From positions 12,612,054 through 12,666,162 of the forward strand of contig BFEA01000001.1 in NCBI GenBank assembly GCA_003427395.1: a stretch of DNA of 54,109 nt, written 5' to 3'. The position numbers were made by a program, and so were the translations under genes. The notes under the pieces were generated by a model. The model saw only the letters and a list, made by a program, of their open reading frames with translations. It did not search any database and had not been told where the DNA came from. Below, in pieces: positions 47,740 through 54,109 of the stretch. This stretch comes from Chara braunii (taxonomy: Eukaryota; Plantae; Charophyceae). Position 1 is the first letter of the stretch. Every line of letters starts with the position of its first letter.

Positions 47740-47890
47740 TTTCTTTTTTCTATTTTTTTATCATCAGCGACGGGGAGTTGGGGTGGTGCTCGTAAGAGCA
47801 GACGACCCCTCTACCGTTCCCGCTTTTAGATGGCTCCGTTCCATCGGTGGGGAGCTGCAGCTGCTGGAAACCGGATCCAGCGACCCTTTA
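47740..47890 (-). mobile_element. Retroposon 3' end (module, UGCUCUUAC hairpin, A-rich tail)
   Basis: Hairpin 47766-47824. Module 47832-47886. Confidence 0.7.
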
Positions 47891-49500
47891 CATTAAACAT
47901 TGAGAGAATTTGAGACAAGTAGTATGTCGTGGTGATGGTTATACAGTTATTTTGGGATAAAGCAGTGTGTTCTACGATGTTAGAATCCTGGTACAATATG
48001 TCTTTCAGGCTGGTCGGAGGCAAAGCTGTACACTTTGGGCTCCACCTTTTCCGCTCGCCCCCTGGGGCCCTGTTGTGTTGTGGCTGCTGTTGTCTTCAGG
48101 TCTCCAGGTCTCTGAATCTCTCTCTCTTTTGAAATCTAAGGGGGCCCCTGAGTTCCGACCTGTTTCTTCGCTCCTGGGGCTCCATCTAATGGGTGGGTGT
48201 GACGGCTGCTCGGGACGGGGGCGACAGTTTTGAGGCACTCATGACAAGGGCGGGCCTTTCCAGCCCCGTTCTAGGCGTGCCAATGGTTGCCAGCAGCAGA
48301 CCCTGCCTCATGCTGCCTGGATTGGCTCAGCAAACCATACCCAAAGCAGAGCTGGTGTGCACTCTTATCCATAGGGGACTGCTAGCACAGACCTCCCACT
48401 TTTGCCAGCTTCACTCAGGGCCAGGACAAACCTCTTCAGCCCCATTCTAGGGATGCCTGCTGGTCCTTTGAAACCAGGTCTGTTCCTGCCTAGCCTGAGC
48501 CAACAGACCATACCTTTTCAAGCAGGCCACCTGCCACCGAGGAGTAATTGGAACATACTCAACCTACAGTAATCTTTCTAGGACTGGTTCAGAATCTCAG
48601 ATAACAGGCGTTCTCTCGGTTTTTCCTTTTTTCTTATCCAAAGATTGGCTTTGGAACTGATGTAGGGGCTGTTTTTTTTTTTTTTTTAACCGCTTGGGTC
48701 ACTAGGCGAGGTGGTAAGAGCATCCCCCCCTAGTGCCCTCGCAGGTTTTCCTCTTAAATTTCGGTAGCCAGTTTAGGATGTCCCTTTCATATTTCGACTT
48801 CTTAATCTACCGGGTATGAATCTGTCAGTTTAAATCCCAAAGGTCAATTCCTAGGGTACTCTTTTTTTTCAGATTTAATTTGTTAAATAGAGTGTCTGTC
48901 AATAAGTCCTTGGTATTTGGGGGGAGCCGCCAAATTCGTAGTTGACAAGGTTTGAGGGTTACTGCACTTCCTTTTTTTACCCCCTTTGAAAATCACAATT
49001 TGTTGGAGAAACTACACGGCGGTCACAAAAACAGTTTGAAATTGCACTTCAGTCATTTGGCCTGAAAAGGTTGAATGTATGCAAGCTAGCTTTCGGATCT
49101 GGTACGGTCAAGAGGGGGCTGGGGGGGGGGTATTTTCGGGGGAATGCATTTTTTTATCTTTTTTCTTTTTTAATGCTCCGGTCTAATGGTCGGGAGCTGC
49201 ACGTACTGGGGACCGGGCCAGCATCCCATATGAAGACGTACAAGATATTTGAAAAGCCTTCCCCTGCCAGCATTGATTACCCTGGACACCAGGGGATTGA
49301 CTGAGCAGGGTAGTTTTGGAGAACACACTTTTTTGCAGCTTCAGAACCTTTGCTGGGAACCGGGCCCAGTGTCCCATATATACCTCTATGGACAGATGGG
49401 CCCAGTGTCGTTTCCGCGTACAGAGGGCCCTGACTGGTGGCCTGGGTACCGGGGGGCACCAAACCCCAGGCCCCAGCTACCACTGCCCTCCTGTCCGCCC

Positions 49501-49885
49501 TTTTTTTTGTTTTTTTTTTGTTTTTGTTTTTGTTTTGTTTTTTTGGGACAAATGCTGCAGTCTATTCGTGGGGAGCAGCACGTGCTGGGAACTGGGCCCA
49601 CCGTCCCATATAGAGTTACACAAGTCATTTGAGATACCGGGGCCATTACCCGGCTTCGGCTGAGAATCAATCTAAGAAGTATTGAGAACTATTGAAGAAA
49701 TTCAAGAGAATTAAAAGAGGTTGAAAAACTATGAATGACTACTGACCTCTTTTCGAATGCTCAGAACCCCTAGACTCCCAAACAAAACTCTCTAAAACTA
49801 TCCAACACTGTCTTATTCCCTGTGGGGCTCTCCCAGGCCTCACACTGCCACTCGGCTAGGTTACAGAGCAACAGGACTCGCCCTT
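49501..49885 (-). mobile_element. Family X copy 3 (3' fragment)
   Basis: A-rich tail 49501-49544, module 49555-49607, CCGGGTAATGGCCCCGG hairpin, homology to 35690-35740. Confidence 0.7.
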
Positions 49886-49929
49886 ATGGCTGTTATTGGA
49901 TGATGTCTATTCCATCAGTGCTAATGGGT

Positions 49930-51100
49930 GGAGGGGGAAAAGATCTGAAACGTCACGGTCAAGCGTCAATGGGATACTGGGGTCGACTGCTGTCCAGTCA
50001 TGAAACTTTAGTTGATTGTCCCTCATCATGTCCACCCGTGACCATGTCACCTCCGCTACCCACCCTCGTCGCCGGCCTCCTAACCAGTCCTCTCATTGAA
50101 CGGGAAATAACCTTATCTATGTCCCTCCTGGTATGAACACAGCTCATTTTCTCCTTGGCCGCCTGCCACTGGCTGGTGAGTTCCGCCTACATCAACTGCT
50201 TCACCTGCTCCGTGACTTCCCCCTCTTCCACCCTTGCACCTTCCATCTCTCAGATGCACCTGCGCCACCATATTACCAAAGGATGAACCTTCTACCCAAT
50301 CAAAATATATTTTCTCTGAAGCCTCCGTCATGCCTGAGGGGGCAGTGATCGGTCAAGATTGCCTGCCAGTCCCATGGCCGCTGTAAGTCCGGGACCATTT
50401 GCCTCCATATCCTATCCCAACAGCGCCATAACAGTACTGATGCAGGACAGTGCAAAAAGATGTGTTCGATCGTCTCTATCCTCTGTAGACAGCTTTTGCA
50501 CCAAGGAAATGCCCGCCCCTGCTGTTCCAAATTTGTATGATCTACTACCCAATCATTAGTCGGAAGACAGCGGTGTGCGATCTGCCACTGCAGGGAGGAG
50601 ATTTTAGCTGGTGTTAGCTTGTATTCCCTGAACCATTTGATGGGTTTTATCAAACTCGCGTCAACGTTAAGGTGGTGCTCCCATCTACCTTCCACCACAT
50701 CCCACAAGGTCCTTTTAATTCGCAGCATTCTATATGTCCTTCTTACCTTCATGTTGGCCAGCATCACCGGTTTTTGCCTCCGCTTTCCTCCCCGTCCCAC
50801 CACGTTCCACTGCCATTCCCTGGGGTCTAGGTCGGACAATGGTGTCATTGGATGGAAGGCTTTCCACCCCTCCTCTCATCTAAGACTCTGATAAAAAGCA
50901 GCCTGGTACCGGATAAGGCCCCACCTTCTCCCAAGGTGTACCTCTCAACGGACACATCATCTGACCACACTTTCCCCCCATCAAATTTATGTTTAGTTCC
51001 CAAATCATGCTATGGATATGAATGAACTCATAGACGGTTGATCGAGCGCTAGGAAAACATGTTTTTTCAGGCGCCCTGATGAGGGTGAAGAGGCACAAGT
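49930..51100 (-). pseudogene. LINE ORF2 C-terminal remnant (zf-RVT)
   Basis: ISSLQWQIAHRCLPTNDW...WCKSCLQRIETIEHIFLHCP...LWRCW. Confidence 0.85.
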
Positions 51101-51206
51101 TTCAACACAACAATTTGTTCTTATGGTTCATGTTCAAGGTTTCAAAAGATATATTTATGGGACGCTGGACCCGGTTTCCAGCAGGTGACGCTCCCCACCA
51201 ATAGAT

Positions 51207-51244
51207 CTGTCTCTTATACACATCTAGATGTGTATAAGAGACAG
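51207..51244. other. Nextera mate-pair junction adapter (two inverted Tn5 mosaic ends), assembly artefact
   Basis: Exact CTGTCTCTTATACACATCT + AGATGTGTATAAGAGACAG. Confidence 0.97.
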
Positions 51245-51261
51245 GGGGAGCGATGGACCCC

Positions 51262-51304
<43 letters not shown>

Positions 51305-51599
51305 AACAATCAAACAATCAAATAGATTTGTTTTTTCCTTTTTTTTTTCACACACCAAAAACACCCCCCCCCCGAAAAATTATTATTTGTTCGAGGGGGT
51401 AGGGTCGGGGTTTCGGAACCCCAATCCAAAACCCCCACCCCCAACCCCCTGTTCCCTCGGCTGCTGCGGGCCGCGGCAGACCACGGTCGCCGCGGTCATA
51501 ACCGCGGCCTCGCGGCCGCGGCCGCGGGCCGCGGTCGAGCCCGCGGTGACCGCAGCCGCTGGTGTTTCATAGGGTGGGACTACCAGAGACGAGGGACCA

Positions 51600-52803
51600 G
51601 GTGGGGCAGGTGCCCATCCAAGCGTGCACCTTCCATTTAGGTGCATCTTCGTATCCATATTGCCCAAATAACTGCTCTCCTTCCAACTGTGAACAAGTTT
51701 AATGTAAAGTCATCAACCTGATCGGGATTCCAAGCTTCTACGAGCAGTGCCTTCCAATACCAGGGTCAGGGAAGGGATGTTACCAATTGATTCCAAATTA
51801 TGTCCCACCAACGCCATAGCCAAACTGATCCTGGGCATTGGAGAAGAATGTGCTCTAACGTTTGCGGAATTAGTTTGGAAGGGAAGACTGATTTACATAA
51901 CTTACACCACGGGTGAGCTATTCCTCTTTGTTCTAATGCGATTCTGTCTATAATCCAATCATTTGTGGGAAGACAGCGATGGGCAATCTGCCACTGCAGA
52001 GATGCTACCTTAGCTGAACGAGATTTAATGGAGAGAAACCATTTAACTGATTGCAACTCTTCTTTACTTACATTTAGATGTCTCATCCAACAGGTTTCTA
52101 TTCGGTGTTTTATGTTCACCTTAGGGCGAAGCATCCTGTAAGTTGATTTGACTGATAATTTATGAAGTGATCTAGAGTAGGAGCGTCCCCTTCCTCCTGA
52201 ATTAGACCAGGTCCAGTTTACCGGGTCAAAAGGTAAGTGAGAAATGGGTGTATCTGGTTTAAAGGCTAACCATCTATCTTTGATCTTTAAAACCCTGATC
52301 CGAAATAGTTAGTCCACCTTGAACCACTCAACGTGCTCTTGTGCCCTAGGCTTAAGGAAGCCATCTGCTTCCAAATCAAGAATAGATAGGAGGATGTCCT
52401 TTTCACTGAAAACTTTAATTATGTTCCCAACTACACCCTGTTATGCCTTGATGGTCATCCAATCATTGGCGAAGAGTTTGGGCCCTTTCTTAAGAATTTT
52501 GACCCATTCTAAAGGGATGATGTCAATTATTTGATCCAGGGCTTCCTTTTGATGATGACAGTGTCTCAAGCGCTCTTGGAGGACCAAAGAATCAATCCAG
52601 TCTCTGTTCTCACTACTCTAAATATCCCTGATGCGAATATCTTTTTTCTTAATCCACCCTTTCCATGGCGAGTCTGTGCAGTTAAGAGTACAACCATGAG
52701 TGTCTCTGATAAATGTATTGTTAAATAATGGTTGTTGACTTACTTCATCCCATCTCTCAGGATCTATCTTATCAGGAAGGGGGAGTTTCCCCCAGGTTCT
52801 CAT
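51600..52803 (-). pseudogene. LINE ORF2 C-terminal remnant (zf-RVT)
   Basis: TWGKLPLP...QQPLFNN. VASLQWQIAHRCLPTNDW...WCKLCKS...QTLEHILLQCP. Paralogous to 9255-10600. Confidence 0.85.
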
Positions 52804-53093
52804 TAAAGTGATCCAAAAGGGATCCCTGAGACGATACCAATTTTAGTAGGGGATAGTACTCCCTGCCCTTTAGCCAGACGATGCTTCAACAACTGTTTCT
52901 TGGTTGTGAGTTCAGACTCTATGCTATCAACCAATAATTGGGGGCAAGGCAGGCTTTGGGAATTTTGGGAGTTTTTAGAAATTTCTGTTTCTGCCAATTC
53001 CAATGATTTTTTTGCTTCTACAACTTCTTCCATACCCTCCACCTGGGCCCTTTTCTAATGTCCATTTGGTAGATCTTCAGTGAGATCTACCAC

Positions 53094-53783
53094 CTAAATC
53101 TTCTGCTGCCTAAAGGGAAGCCCTTGGGATGATCTTTCTTCCCTAATCACTGAATCAGGGATAAAAATATATGTCACTACAATCCCTTTGTCACTGGTAC
53201 CAACACTATTCTCAAGTAGTGTAAGAGAGCATTCATTGATTACCTCAGTCTGCAATTCGTGTTGAGTGTCAGTGTCATCAATACCAATATCATCCCTGGT
53301 TCCCATGAGGAGGACACAATTATTGATGAAATCATCCTGTTCTTTTTCTGGGCCCAAATTTAATACCGCGTCCTTCACCATCTGATGAGAAAACTCACAC
53401 GCACCATAGCATTGTGGTAATGTTTGAAACATCATAGCACCCACAACAGTGGGAGACAAGGAAAGTTGATTGTCTTCCCCAAGTAGTCCTTGTGGTTTAT
53501 GTAATTCTTGAGGCTTTTGAGACCCATGAGACTCCTGAGGCCCATGAGATTCGTAGGACTTCTGAGTCTCAAAATCCCACTCCAACAGCCCTTGACTGTG
53601 CTTACATGAAACAGCAGCCTGTTGTCCCCTGGGGAGCTGCAAAAATTTATTTTCCCCCGTGAGCTCAGAGATCACAACTTTGAAGCAATGATGATCCTCA
53701 TTACCACCAGGGTCCGATAAAAAAGGAGACCGTTTGTAGGAGGAGGGGGGGGAGGGGGGAAAAACTCCCTCCTCCAAGCCCAT
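53094..53783 (-). CDS. Hypothetical 229-aa ORF, possibly a LINE ORF1 fragment
   Basis: Open frame upstream of, and on the same strand as, the LINE remnant. No recognisable motif. Confidence 0.25.
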   Translation of the reverse strand: MGLEEGVFPPSPPSSYKRSPFLSDPGGNEDHHCFKVVISELTGENKFLQLPRGQQAAVSCKHSQGLLEWDFETQKSYESHGPQESHGSQKPQELHKPQGLLGEDNQLSLSPTVVGAMMFQTLPQCYGACEFSHQMVKDAVLNLGPEKEQDDFINNCVLLMGTRDDIGIDDTDTQHELQTEVINECSLTLLENSVGTSDKGIVVTYIFIPDSVIREERSSQGLPFRQQKI

Positions 53784-53847
53784 TGGTTGGTTGCTTTGTT
53801 GATTCTCTGAAGCTATGAACTGTTCATCAGTATTCTCTTCCCCCTGT

Positions 53848-53918
53848 TTGATTGATTGATTGATTGATTGATTGACTGATTGATTGGTTGATTGATTGGC
53901 TGATTGATTGATTGATTA

Positions 53919-53957
<39 letters not shown>

Positions 53958-53988
53958 CGTGGGGGAGGTCCCCCCTACCCTCCCCCCG

Positions 53989-54030
<42 letters not shown>

Positions 54031-54109
54031 CCGCACCCACCCACCCACACACACAGACAGACACACATGCACACACACACATACACACACACACATACAC
54101 ACACACACA
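53848..54109. repeat. (GATT)n and (CA)n microsatellites
   Basis: Directly visible. Confidence 0.95.

Overview
Eukaryotic, repeat-dominated draft-assembly window with N gaps at 21501-21570, 24536-25508 and 38773-38930 and many (GA)n/(CA)n/(TA)n/(GATA)n tracts. The plant-type U6, the tRNA-iMet PBS and the transposase style suggest a green plant or alga (it resembles Chara-like streptophyte algae; inference only). I see no intact host gene. The window is a nested mosaic of decayed L1/Tx1-type LINEs, hAT transposase remnants, one LTR family (a solo LTR with TSD plus two LTR+PBS+leader copies), a TTAA-flanked TIR element, tRNA-headed SINE-like elements, a U6 retrocopy and a Nextera adapter artefact. 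The most interesting signal is structured RNA. (i) A complete type III hammerhead ribozyme with complementary loops lies in a (TA)n-associated repeat with copies 340 nt apart. (ii) A Penelope-type minimal type I hammerhead lies in a (CT)n-flanked insert. (iii) A roughly 55-nt hairpin plus H-type pseudoknot module with covariation recurs about 12 times at the 3' ends of otherwise unrelated retroposed sequences, often followed by a variable-stem hairpin with an invariant UGCUCUUAY loop just before the poly(A). All alignments and folds were done by eye.
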